From the IMG/VR virus record IMGVR_UViG_3300004369_000597, positions 1-54,620 of that record: a stretch of 54,620 nucleotides of DNA; one strand, written 5' to 3'. The position numbers were made by a program, and so were the translations under genes. The notes beneath the pieces were generated by a model. It did no database searches, was not told the origin of the DNA, and was given only the letters and a program-made list of their open reading frames with translations. This stretch comes from a virus (Duplodnaviria; Caudoviricetes). Below, piece after piece: positions 43,688-52,676 of this stretch (its first letter is position 1; every line of letters starts with the position of its first letter).

Positions 43688-45046
43688 TTATTTTTTAGGT
43701 CTTAACAAAGGGGGACGGCCGTCACGTTTTATATTCCAGCCAAGTTTCTTTGCGTTTTTTTGCATAGTGTCTGGTTTGATATCTACAGTAAGTGCCATTT
43801 TAAATCTTGGATCATCTTTTTCTGCTTCGCTTGGAATATATCCTGAAGCACCTTCTTTATAGATACTTTTTATTTTTGGATTGTTACTAATACGATATTG
43901 ATTGACCATTTCCCATCGTTGAATTAATTCTCTGGAGTCTCTTTTGTCTACATCAAAATGATATTGCAAGAATTTAATTATTTCTGCTCTTGTATATCCT
44001 TTCTTAACAACACCGGAGATTGCTTTTAAATAATCAGAATAATCAGGCATACCAAACTCATCGTATTTTTGGTCGAGTCTGTACATTAGACTTTCATCAA
44101 ACTTTGCTAACAAGTCATAATAGTCTAGTTTTTCACCCAAATGATCTAATGCTATTTCTCTTGCTTTGGCTTTGTCTGATGTATGTTCTTTTTCTACCTT
44201 GATACCTTTATCTAATTGTTGTAATACTTCTCGTCTGTTTACGTTGTATTTCTGACACAATTCGTCAACTGATGGAGTTGGTGCGTCTAGTTTTTCAATC
44301 CCTTGTGATTCTTCAAACGTTCTGCGTAGCAATTCTTCTTCGATAGACAATTCTTTTGATCGCAATTCGTTTCTAAGATCAAACAATGCTTGGAAGTATC
44401 CTCTGCTACGTGCGGCTTTAAATGCTAAATTTTCAGGACCAAACTCACCGTGTTTATCTAAACCTGCTTGTCTGTATCGTTTAACAATGTCAATTGCTTT
44501 TTCTACTTTTTCTTTGTCTTGTTGTTTAAGTGCTTCTAAAATAAATTCTTCTAATCTTTCAAACTTCAATGCCGCATCTGCTTGATCAAAGTTAGCACGT
44601 TTCTTTGTAGGTATACGTGTCATTTTATCTCTAAGTACACTGTATTCTCCTAAACTTACGTGAGGCTGTGCTGTATCTTGTACATAAAGTTCTACTGGAA
44701 TATCTCTTACTGTAATGTCGTAAGTGTCGTTGTATAAAGATTTTTTTGCTTTAAATAATTCTTGGTATACTTCATTGTCAGGCAGTTGACTAAAATCTAT
44801 TAAGATATGCAAGTCTAAATCTGAGTGCGGAGTATATGTGTAGGCTACGTTAGAGCCAGTAATAATGATATCTTCGATAGCAAGATTGGGTATTCCCATA
44901 AACTCAATAAAGTCATCAGCAATAATTTCTAATTGTTTTTTAATGTTGGGCTTGAGTTTTGTGCCGTCGAACAAAAGCGGATTAAGTTCGTCATTAAACT
45001 TAACCGCATCTTCCAATCTAAATTTGTCGAGTTCGGTAATCTGCAT
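43688..45046 (-). CDS. Multidomain late protein: Pol-beta-superfamily nucleotidyltransferase + DUF5661-like domain + C-terminal modules
   Basis: ITGSN..Y.Y...SDLDLH and PVELYVQD; GIKVEKEH...IALDHL.E..DYY; TAAATA 5 nt before ATG. Confidence 0.8.
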   Translation of the reverse strand: MQITELDKFRLEDAVKFNDELNPLLFDGTKLKPNIKKQLEIIADDFIEFMGIPNLAIEDIIITGSNVAYTYTPHSDLDLHILIDFSQLPDNEVYQELFKAKKSLYNDTYDITVRDIPVELYVQDTAQPHVSLGEYSVLRDKMTRIPTKKRANFDQADAALKFERLEEFILEALKQQDKEKVEKAIDIVKRYRQAGLDKHGEFGPENLAFKAARSRGYFQALFDLRNELRSKELSIEEELLRRTFEESQGIEKLDAPTPSVDELCQKYNVNRREVLQQLDKGIKVEKEHTSDKAKAREIALDHLGEKLDYYDLLAKFDESLMYRLDQKYDEFGMPDYSDYLKAISGVVKKGYTRAEIIKFLQYHFDVDKRDSRELIQRWEMVNQYRISNNPKIKSIYKEGASGYIPSEAEKDDPRFKMALTVDIKPDTMQKNAKKLGWNIKRDGRPPLLRPKK

Positions 45047-45079
45047 AATAGTATTTATTCTCTATTGTTTTAAATGCAG

Positions 45080-45105
45080 AAAAGGAGGCCTTTTGGGGGG
45101 AGGCC
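45080..45105 (-). terminator. Possible Rho-independent terminator
   Basis: GGCCT-CCCCCCAAA-AGGCC-TCCTTTT. Confidence 0.5.
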
Positions 45106-45119
45106 GTACCCCATGAATT

Positions 45120-45626
45120 TTATTCGTCAGTCCAGTCTTTGGGTCCTGTTGTAATCACTACTGAGTTGTAAGGTTCTGATTCTGGTTTAGCAAAAGTTGC
45201 TGTATATTTCCAATTGTTACCTGTGTAGTGTACAGATTCAGTAGGATAACCTCTGTTGCAATTGTTATCACATGTTACGTGTGCTGAGTTACTCCAATAA
45301 CCATATGACATTGCAAAATTACCGTTGGCTGGATCAGGTTGTTTTACTGATGTAGGTGGAGTAATATAACATGTAAAGATTGAGCCTGAAGGAGCATGTG
45401 TGTTAGACTGCAAATTTACAGTTTCTCCTACACCAACAACAGTGGTAACATCTTTCTTGTCTACTGCAAATGTTTGATTACATTTGAATGCTTGATCACC
45501 TTTATTAGTGACTTGCAATCCTAATGTCACTGGATCGCTGTTAACTTGCATTTTTTGCGTTTGACAACCTGCAATTGCAAGTAAACTTACTACCAGTACT
45601 ACTGGTACAAATACATATTTTTTCAT
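45120..45626 (-). CDS. Lipoprotein (168 aa), beta-rich with paired Cys
   Basis: MKK + hydrophobic stretch + lipobox IAGC. Confidence 0.8.
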   Translation of the reverse strand: MKKYVFVPVVLVVSLLAIAGCQTQKMQVNSDPVTLGLQVTNKGDQAFKCNQTFAVDKKDVTTVVGVGETVNLQSNTHAPSGSIFTCYITPPTSVKQPDPANGNFAMSYGYWSNSAHVTCDNNCNRGYPTESVHYTGNNWKYTATFAKPESEPYNSVVITTGPKDWTDE

Positions 45627-45638
45627 TTTAAATACCCT

Positions 45639-45986
45639 TTATTTTTTTAATATTTCATTTAAGACAGCAATTTTAACCGCAATGTCAATTGCTTGTTCTG
45701 CTCTGTCCAAACCATCTTTACGGTAACCGTGATGACCATAATAATTATTATGTCTAACTACAATAGTACGCCCATGATGCTGATTCGGTGACATATAAGA
45801 ACCATAATGATGCTTTTTTAATGTCCAACCACGAGGATAATGGACTTGATACCCGTTTTCGATTCTAACAGGACCAGTTACTGGATAATGCTCGCGGATC
45901 ACTCTTTCAAAAGATTTATCGGCTAATGCAGGTTGAGCAATAAAGACAAGTGTCAAAACTGCAATTAAAGATAGTAGTCGTTTCAT
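45639..45986 (-). CDS. Exported His/Tyr/Gly-rich protein (115 aa)
   Basis: Signal peptide ending ALA-D; AGGAG RBS; TAAATA at 46011-46016. Confidence 0.78.
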   Translation of the reverse strand: MKRLLSLIAVLTLVFIAQPALADKSFERVIREHYPVTGPVRIENGYQVHYPRGWTLKKHHYGSYMSPNQHHGRTIVVRHNNYYGHHGYRKDGLDRAEQAIDIAVKIAVLNEILKK

Positions 45987-46058
45987 AAGAAGTCTCCTAG
46001 TTATTTACATTATTTAGTATATGACACTATACACCGTAGGAAAAGTAATTTGGGTAAA

Positions 46059-46685
46059 TTAATTTTGGAAAAGATGCAGAGCGCCATTGCCTGTTCCTGT
46101 CTTTGCCAACTCTGGTGCTGGTGCTAGTTTGTTGAATTTAATCCCATAACTTTCAGCCATTATTATCAATATCTTTGATATCGAATGATTTTCTATCTCT
46201 GATAAAATTATATCACTGTTAGGTTCTAAGTATTCACCGATCGTAGCATAAAATTCTGTATGTATATGCCAATTTGGATCTATAATTTTTCTTTCCCAAT
46301 CGTCTTTAAAGTTTTGTGGATTTTCTGGACTATGCGGAGGATTCCCTACAACTAAATCAAATTTTAAATTTTTAGGTAAATCCCCTATTTTATCTAAATG
46401 ATAGGCCTTCACTTTATCACTAACATTATTTTTTTCAGCATTACGCAAAGCATTTTCTATTGACGGTTTGTGTATGTCCATAAACGTTACGGTTTCGCAA
46501 ATTCCTGCATCTAATAAACTATAACCAATTGCACCTAAACCTGAACACCATTCTAAACAATGCTTATATTTTTTACCTGTTGATTTTATGTGGTCAAGAA
46601 AATCTGTATATTGGGTTGAACCGCCGCCGTCATGGCTGCTGTCATAATCTATAACTATACCGTTGTCAAATGTTAATGTGTGCAT
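46059..46685 (-). CDS. SAM-dependent methyltransferase (MTS/HemK-like NPP motif)
   Basis: LEWCSGLGAIG, MDI, FDLVVGNPPH. Confidence 0.88.
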   Translation of the reverse strand: MHTLTFDNGIVIDYDSSHDGGGSTQYTDFLDHIKSTGKKYKHCLEWCSGLGAIGYSLLDAGICETVTFMDIHKPSIENALRNAEKNNVSDKVKAYHLDKIGDLPKNLKFDLVVGNPPHSPENPQNFKDDWERKIIDPNWHIHTEFYATIGEYLEPNSDIILSEIENHSISKILIIMAESYGIKFNKLAPAPELAKTGTGNGALHLFQN

Positions 46686-46686
46686 T

Positions 46687-49600
46687 TTAATATGATACCT
46701 CTTCGTAACGTTGCTTCAACCATTCCCACTCGTAACTTAGACGCAACTTCTCAAAGTCGCCATCTACTTCGTTAAAATATTCTTCAGCATCTAGTGCTCC
46801 TTTAATCGAATCCTGGAAAAAATCTTGTTTAGGATCCGCTGTATTCAGCCACACTTCTAAACGTTCTTTGCTAATTTCTGTGTCGTCTACTAACAACTTA
46901 ATAACTTCTCTGAATGCTGTACGCCAGGTAGAGAAAGCATCAGTGTTGTACATTGCTGTTCCTGATAACAATTCTACACTAGCATGAGGGTCGTCTAGTG
47001 TAAAGTCTAGTCCATATCCTGGGTTGTCAAGTGTCAACTTTTTATTGTATGCTATCATTGCTTGGTGGCCATATATCAATCCATTAACAGGATTCTTTGC
47101 TTGGAAGATATAATGCTTTGGTGCTTGCATACGATCAGGTTGCCAGTTAAAGTCAAACTTAGGTGAAACTTTGAGTTTTGCAAACACGGTAAATGCCCAA
47201 GGTGTTTCAGATGCTTCAGCCGATGCATGGTATGCTTGCACACGACCATTAACACCGTCAACTCTTACAACACGATTGGGCAGTCCCTTTGTTATCCTTT
47301 GCAGATGTTCCCAATTTTCCTCTGCACCTGTTTCGCCGTTTGATAAAAATACTATGTCCATTGGTTTTGATAATGCTAATCTGTTAGCAGTCTTAATGTA
47401 TGGGTATTCGTATAGTTCTTTTTTAACAACATCTTTAACTTCTTTTGGTACGACAATTCGTGTCGCACCTGTCGATTGTACAATAATAGTTTTAGATTCT
47501 TTTGTCCACAATGACATTGGTTCTTCTTCGATAATTTGCAAGTCTTTATCTGTGCTAGAAACTAAAATACTATAAGGGAAATCTTCTAGTTGTTTGATAC
47601 TCTTTACATGAGAATCTTCGTCAGAGACGATTACAGGCGCTCTCAGGCGCTTGGCACGTAGTGTTTGATTATAATTAACATTGTCATAATCTTCTAGGGT
47701 GTCTGTGATAGTTTTGTTTTCTAATAGCTCACGTGTTTTGTTCACATCCATAAAAAATGTATCACCAAACTTTTGCTTGTCACTAGGGAATACGTGTAAG
47801 TTATCACGTGCAAAAGGATCACAGATATATGAAAAATCAAAATCATTATAATCACAAATAGATGATGCTACCCAAATATAGTGTTCTTTTTTCTTGGGTT
47901 GAGCATCAACAATTTGTAGCATATCCTGTACATAATCACCAGAATGACTAATATATGATACATTTTGTCTTGGTGCTTTGGCTTGAAGTTGTTTTATTAC
48001 TGCTTCAGTTTCTTTGTTACCGTGATCAACTACAACAATATCGTAAACACACTCTGTTGCTTTTGCTCTTATATGTTTAACAAAGTTTAAATTGTTTAAG
48101 TGTTCAATGACTTTGATGTATTTTGTATCTTGACCAAACGTTTCTCTGTTGACAAGATATGTCGTTCCCCAATGTGACCACTGCGTACCAAAGATTGTAA
48201 CCATCTTCATCTGCCAAGGATTAGGATAGTATTCAAAATCAAATTCTGCATAATCTAACTCAGAGTTTAATACCCAAACTAAATCAGTTGTAGAACGATT
48301 AATACAACGATTAACTGTATCTACCCATGAGTTTAGATACCTTGTTTTTTTCATGTTTGGATATCTTGTTTGTAACTTTTCAAAACGTTCTTTAGATTCT
48401 TTGTTGCCTCGATCAACATAAAACATATCAGGCTTGACAAATAGTTTTGCTAGTGATTTTTCATCAATACCTTGATCATCAACATACTTGAAGTTTCTAA
48501 ATCCACCTAAGAATTTCTTGGCACTAACAAAGTATGTTTGTGTTGTAGCACTTTCTGGAGATCCAAATACATGTACATAGTCAGTTTCCCAAGCAATTTG
48601 TACTTTTGCTGGTCTCCAATCAAAATCAAAATCAGTGTAATCAATACTTTTTCTGATAGCCCAAAATATTTCAGTAGGATGTTCACGTACCAAATCTTCT
48701 AGTGTTGTTGTGATGTAATACTTAGGTATGCTGATACCATCAGATTTGCGTTGTATGCGTTCTTTATATACTGTTTCAGTTGCGCCGTCTACTATGTATC
48801 TAGGACCGTCTTCTTGGTCTGCTACAGTACCAAACTGATAATTATAAGCAGGTGCAAGAGGAGACGGTCTCCAAGAAAAATCAAATGTGTTAACATCACA
48901 CGTGGGCGCAATTTTCCAGTTGTGTTTACTTTGCTCTAGTTGTGCTACAATATCATGTACATACTTAATTTCTGTAGCTCCTGGCATACGATATTCTACT
49001 GTAGGAAATTCTTCTGCGTTATGATGTTGATTACCAAACACGTAAATAAACGGGCCATCTGTATGATCAGGATGCCAAGACCAGTCAAAGTATTCAATTT
49101 GTGCCCCGTTTAGTACATTCCAATTTGGATCGTTTGGATTAGGTACTTTAATTGCTTTTAAGATACGAGGGTCAATGTATTTTACTTTCTTTGCTCCCTT
49201 AACAATATATCTAGGTCCACCTGTTTTTTGCCACTGTGTACCAAACTGATAGATGAACGGATCGTCTTCAGCATACGGATGCCAAGACCAGTCAAATGTA
49301 TCTTCATCTATGTTGTGTGGTATTTCCCAGTTAGTTTTATCTGGACGTGCTTTTGCTAACGGTTCTTCAATATACTTGACTTCTTTTGCACCTTTTACAA
49401 CATATCTAGGTCCACCTGTCAATGCCCATTGTGTACCGAACTGATAAATGTATGCAGGATCGTTATCGTCTGGGTGCCATGAAAAATCAAAATCATCAAC
49501 GTCTACACTATCAGGTATTTGCCAGTTGTCTCTACTTGGTTTACGTTTAACGGTTTTTTCAACATCAATATATTTGACTTCTGTTGCGCCTTCAACAATA

Positions 49601-52600
49601 TATTTTGGACCGCCTGTCTTTTGCCATTGTGTACCAAATTGATATATCCAAGGTTCTTCATATGGACTAGGCTCCCATGAAAAATCAAACTCTCCATGTT
49701 CAACATTTTCAGGCACTTGCCAATTATCAAATACTGGCTTACGTATAGCACGTTCATCCATATACTTGTATTCGGTTGCTCCTTCTACAGTATATGTTAC
49801 ACTAATTTTATCTTGTGGTTTATTCCATTGGTTACCCCATGCATAAATGAATGGGGGTTCGTCTGGATCCGGTACCCACGCATAATCTTCTAATTCACAA
49901 TCTTCTAAATGCTCAAACATTTCAGGTCTTGGTAATAACTTACATGCATCATTTAGATCATTAATATATTTTATTTCTTTTGCGCCTTCAACTCTGTATT
50001 CAATAACAGGCATTTTTTCAGCAGGATAGTATTTGCTACCGAAATGATAGATAAAAGGTTCTTCAGTTTCATCGTGGTGCCAAGACCATTCAAAGTTAGC
50101 AACTTTGTAATTACCTAATATACCCCATTCTTTTGCGTTAGGATTAGGCAATCGTGTAGATTTTAAAATACGAGGGTCAATATATTTTCTTGGTGAGCCT
50201 TCATGCACACCGGGTGTCATGTAAATATGTCCACCTGTTTTCTGCCATTGCGTACCAAATACATAAATGTAAGGCTCATCTTCTGCATAAGGATGCCATG
50301 AATAATCAAATGCATCTTCATCAACTAATTCAGGATCGTACACCCAGTTATCTTTGTTTGGTATTGCTCTTGCAACTTGATCTTCTACATATTTTACTTC
50401 TGTTGCACCTTCTACTGTATAAACAGGTCCACCAGATAATGCCCATTGAGTTGGAAATTTATAAATGTAAGGGGGAGAAGTTGCGTCTGGATGCCAAGAC
50501 CAATCGAAAGAATCTTCATCTATCTTATTGATCGTTGTCCAGTTATGTTTGCTGGATAGACGTTTTACTTTTTGAGAGTCTACATAACTGACTTCAGACG
50601 CTCCTTCAACTACGTACCTTGGACCACCTGTCTTTTGCCACTGAGTAGCAAACTCGTAGATGTAGGGCGGATCCTTGGGGTTAGGTACCCAACTGTAATC
50701 AAAACCAGTGTCATCAATATTGTCAGGAATTTCCCAATTATCATTGGGTCCTAACGTGGCAACAATATCATTTATATATTTGATTTGTTCTGCGCCGATA
50801 ACTCTGTATTGTACAGTAGGCATAATTTCTGCACTATAATATTGATTGCCAAACTGATAGATGTATGCTTCTTCCGTATCATCTGGATGCCAACTATAAT
50901 CAAAATCTTTTATTACTGCATTGTTTAATACAGTAAATGCATTTTCATTAGGTAAACGGTTTGCTTTTAAGATACGTGTGTCAATATACTTAACAGGAGA
51001 TCCTTCATGTACCCCCGGCGTACGATATACAGGTCCACCTGTCTTTTGCCATTGTGTGCCAAAAACATAAACGTACGGTTGATCTTCTACGTATGGGTGC
51101 CAACTAAAATCGAATTCGTTTTCATCGATAAGTTTAGGATCGTACACCCAATTATCTTTACAAGGTGTTGCATGTGCGGTTTGGTCGTCAATGTATTTGA
51201 CTTCTTCTGCACCTGGCGTCATGTAAATAGGCCCGCCGCTTAAAGCCCATTGTGTTGCAAAATGATAAATGTAAAGAGGGCTAGTAGAATCTGGATGCCA
51301 TGAAAAATCAAATCGATCAGTATCAATATTAGCAGGTACTTTCCAATTTTCTTTTTGAGGAAGTGCTTTAGCCTTGATAATGTCTTCATATTTTGTAGAT
51401 GTCGCTCCTTCTACTACATAACATGGTCCGCCTGTCTTTTGCCACTGTGTAGCAAATTCATGTATCATAGCAGGTTCGTTGGGGTTAGGTTCCCAACTAT
51501 AGTCAAATAATTTGTGGTCTATCTTATCTGGTGTTATCCAGTTCTCCATGCACGGTCTACGTGTAGCACGTTCATCCATGTACTTGTATTCAGTTGCGCC
51601 TTCTACTACAAACTGAATACTAACTTTGTCTGTGGGTTCATTCCACTGATTGCCCCATGCATAGATATAAGGTGGTGATGTAGGGTCTGGTCTCCAAGAG
51701 TAGTCAATGCCATATGAATCTTCTAAATGTTCAAACAGTTCTGGCTTTGATGCTAATTTGGGTTTAATGTCTTCTACATATTTAATTTCTGTTGCGCCTG
51801 GCACAGTATATTTTAACGTAGGCATAACTGCGCCTTCGTATAAATGATTACCAAACACATAAATGAAAGGGGGTTCTAATGGATCCGGGCGCCAACTAAA
51901 ATCAAAGTTTTCTACTTCTTCTATAATTTCCCAGCGATCCCATTGGGGCATAACTGGAATAGGATTAGTCATGTACTTGACTTCTGTAGCGCCGAGTACT
52001 TTATATTCTAATGTAGGTTTGATTTCAGCAGGTTCATATTTGTTACCCCAAATGTAAATATAGGGGTCGTCCATTGGATCTGGTCTCCAACTTAAATCCC
52101 ACTTACTTTCATCAACTTGTTCGTGTATAATTAAACACTCAGTGTTAGGTAGCAGTTCAACGATTTCTTTCATGTATTTTACATGTCCGTTGTTACCTGG
52201 TGTATGATACTCTAACGCAGTTTGCAATTCAACTGGATAAAATTTATTACCCCATTTGTATATGTAGGGAGGTTCCGTAGGATCTGGATGCCATGTAAAA
52301 TCAAATTTTGATTTATCTATGTTATCTAAAATCTTCCAATAATTGTTAGGCTCACGTTTGCGACTAACAGGATTTACATCTTGTCTATAGATTCTAATAT
52401 CTGATTGATCTTTAGGACACAACCAAGTACCTGAATCTTTTTGATGTAAACTAGGCCAAATGTTATTATGATCTTCTGCCCAAACTTCATCGTCAGGTAA
52501 GAAATCAAAATCAAAGTCCCAATCAAAAACAGAGTAATCACAATGTTCGTTGATTATCCAAAAGTGACTTGTTCTGCACTGTGTACGTGCATCGTCTATG

Positions 52601-52668
52601 TCGGTTGCGAATCGTTCTCTAGGATGAACGTTGGGTTTTTCACCAAAGTAAAATACGTCTCTCAGCAT
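46687..52668 (-). CDS. 1993-aa protein: about 18 aromatic tandem repeats followed by several degenerate glycosyltransferase-like domains
   Basis: Repeat consensus W....FDFSWHPD..PPYIY.FG.QW...GGP.Y...GA.EVKY; C-terminal DIVFLSNGE...V.GVNGR..AYHA...NPVNGLIYG...WRTAFRE; TAAGTA 5 nt before ATG. Confidence 0.85.
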   Translation of the reverse strand: MLRDVFYFGEKPNVHPRERFATDIDDARTQCRTSHFWIINEHCDYSVFDWDFDFDFLPDDEVWAEDHNNIWPSLHQKDSGTWLCPKDQSDIRIYRQDVNPVSRKREPNNYWKILDNIDKSKFDFTWHPDPTEPPYIYKWGNKFYPVELQTALEYHTPGNNGHVKYMKEIVELLPNTECLIIHEQVDESKWDLSWRPDPMDDPYIYIWGNKYEPAEIKPTLEYKVLGATEVKYMTNPIPVMPQWDRWEIIEEVENFDFSWRPDPLEPPFIYVFGNHLYEGAVMPTLKYTVPGATEIKYVEDIKPKLASKPELFEHLEDSYGIDYSWRPDPTSPPYIYAWGNQWNEPTDKVSIQFVVEGATEYKYMDERATRRPCMENWITPDKIDHKLFDYSWEPNPNEPAMIHEFATQWQKTGGPCYVVEGATSTKYEDIIKAKALPQKENWKVPANIDTDRFDFSWHPDSTSPLYIYHFATQWALSGGPIYMTPGAEEVKYIDDQTAHATPCKDNWVYDPKLIDENEFDFSWHPYVEDQPYVYVFGTQWQKTGGPVYRTPGVHEGSPVKYIDTRILKANRLPNENAFTVLNNAVIKDFDYSWHPDDTEEAYIYQFGNQYYSAEIMPTVQYRVIGAEQIKYINDIVATLGPNDNWEIPDNIDDTGFDYSWVPNPKDPPYIYEFATQWQKTGGPRYVVEGASEVSYVDSQKVKRLSSKHNWTTINKIDEDSFDWSWHPDATSPPYIYKFPTQWALSGGPVYTVEGATEVKYVEDQVARAIPNKDNWVYDPELVDEDAFDYSWHPYAEDEPYIYVFGTQWQKTGGHIYMTPGVHEGSPRKYIDPRILKSTRLPNPNAKEWGILGNYKVANFEWSWHHDETEEPFIYHFGSKYYPAEKMPVIEYRVEGAKEIKYINDLNDACKLLPRPEMFEHLEDCELEDYAWVPDPDEPPFIYAWGNQWNKPQDKISVTYTVEGATEYKYMDERAIRKPVFDNWQVPENVEHGEFDFSWEPSPYEEPWIYQFGTQWQKTGGPKYIVEGATEVKYIDVEKTVKRKPSRDNWQIPDSVDVDDFDFSWHPDDNDPAYIYQFGTQWALTGGPRYVVKGAKEVKYIEEPLAKARPDKTNWEIPHNIDEDTFDWSWHPYAEDDPFIYQFGTQWQKTGGPRYIVKGAKKVKYIDPRILKAIKVPNPNDPNWNVLNGAQIEYFDWSWHPDHTDGPFIYVFGNQHHNAEEFPTVEYRMPGATEIKYVHDIVAQLEQSKHNWKIAPTCDVNTFDFSWRPSPLAPAYNYQFGTVADQEDGPRYIVDGATETVYKERIQRKSDGISIPKYYITTTLEDLVREHPTEIFWAIRKSIDYTDFDFDWRPAKVQIAWETDYVHVFGSPESATTQTYFVSAKKFLGGFRNFKYVDDQGIDEKSLAKLFVKPDMFYVDRGNKESKERFEKLQTRYPNMKKTRYLNSWVDTVNRCINRSTTDLVWVLNSELDYAEFDFEYYPNPWQMKMVTIFGTQWSHWGTTYLVNRETFGQDTKYIKVIEHLNNLNFVKHIRAKATECVYDIVVVDHGNKETEAVIKQLQAKAPRQNVSYISHSGDYVQDMLQIVDAQPKKKEHYIWVASSICDYNDFDFSYICDPFARDNLHVFPSDKQKFGDTFFMDVNKTRELLENKTITDTLEDYDNVNYNQTLRAKRLRAPVIVSDEDSHVKSIKQLEDFPYSILVSSTDKDLQIIEEEPMSLWTKESKTIIVQSTGATRIVVPKEVKDVVKKELYEYPYIKTANRLALSKPMDIVFLSNGETGAEENWEHLQRITKGLPNRVVRVDGVNGRVQAYHASAEASETPWAFTVFAKLKVSPKFDFNWQPDRMQAPKHYIFQAKNPVNGLIYGHQAMIAYNKKLTLDNPGYGLDFTLDDPHASVELLSGTAMYNTDAFSTWRTAFREVIKLLVDDTEISKERLEVWLNTADPKQDFFQDSIKGALDAEEYFNEVDGDFEKLRLSYEWEWLKQRYEEVSY

Positions 52669-52676
52669 ATATGTAC

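Noticed and set aside
48800-52320. Recurring DNA motif (ggtccacctgtcttttgccactg-like) as a CRISPR array or DGR template/variable repeats
   Set aside because: Copies are in-frame codons for QWQKTGGP with mostly synonymous variation. No cas or reverse transcriptase gene is in the window and no adenine-specific mismatch pattern was evident.
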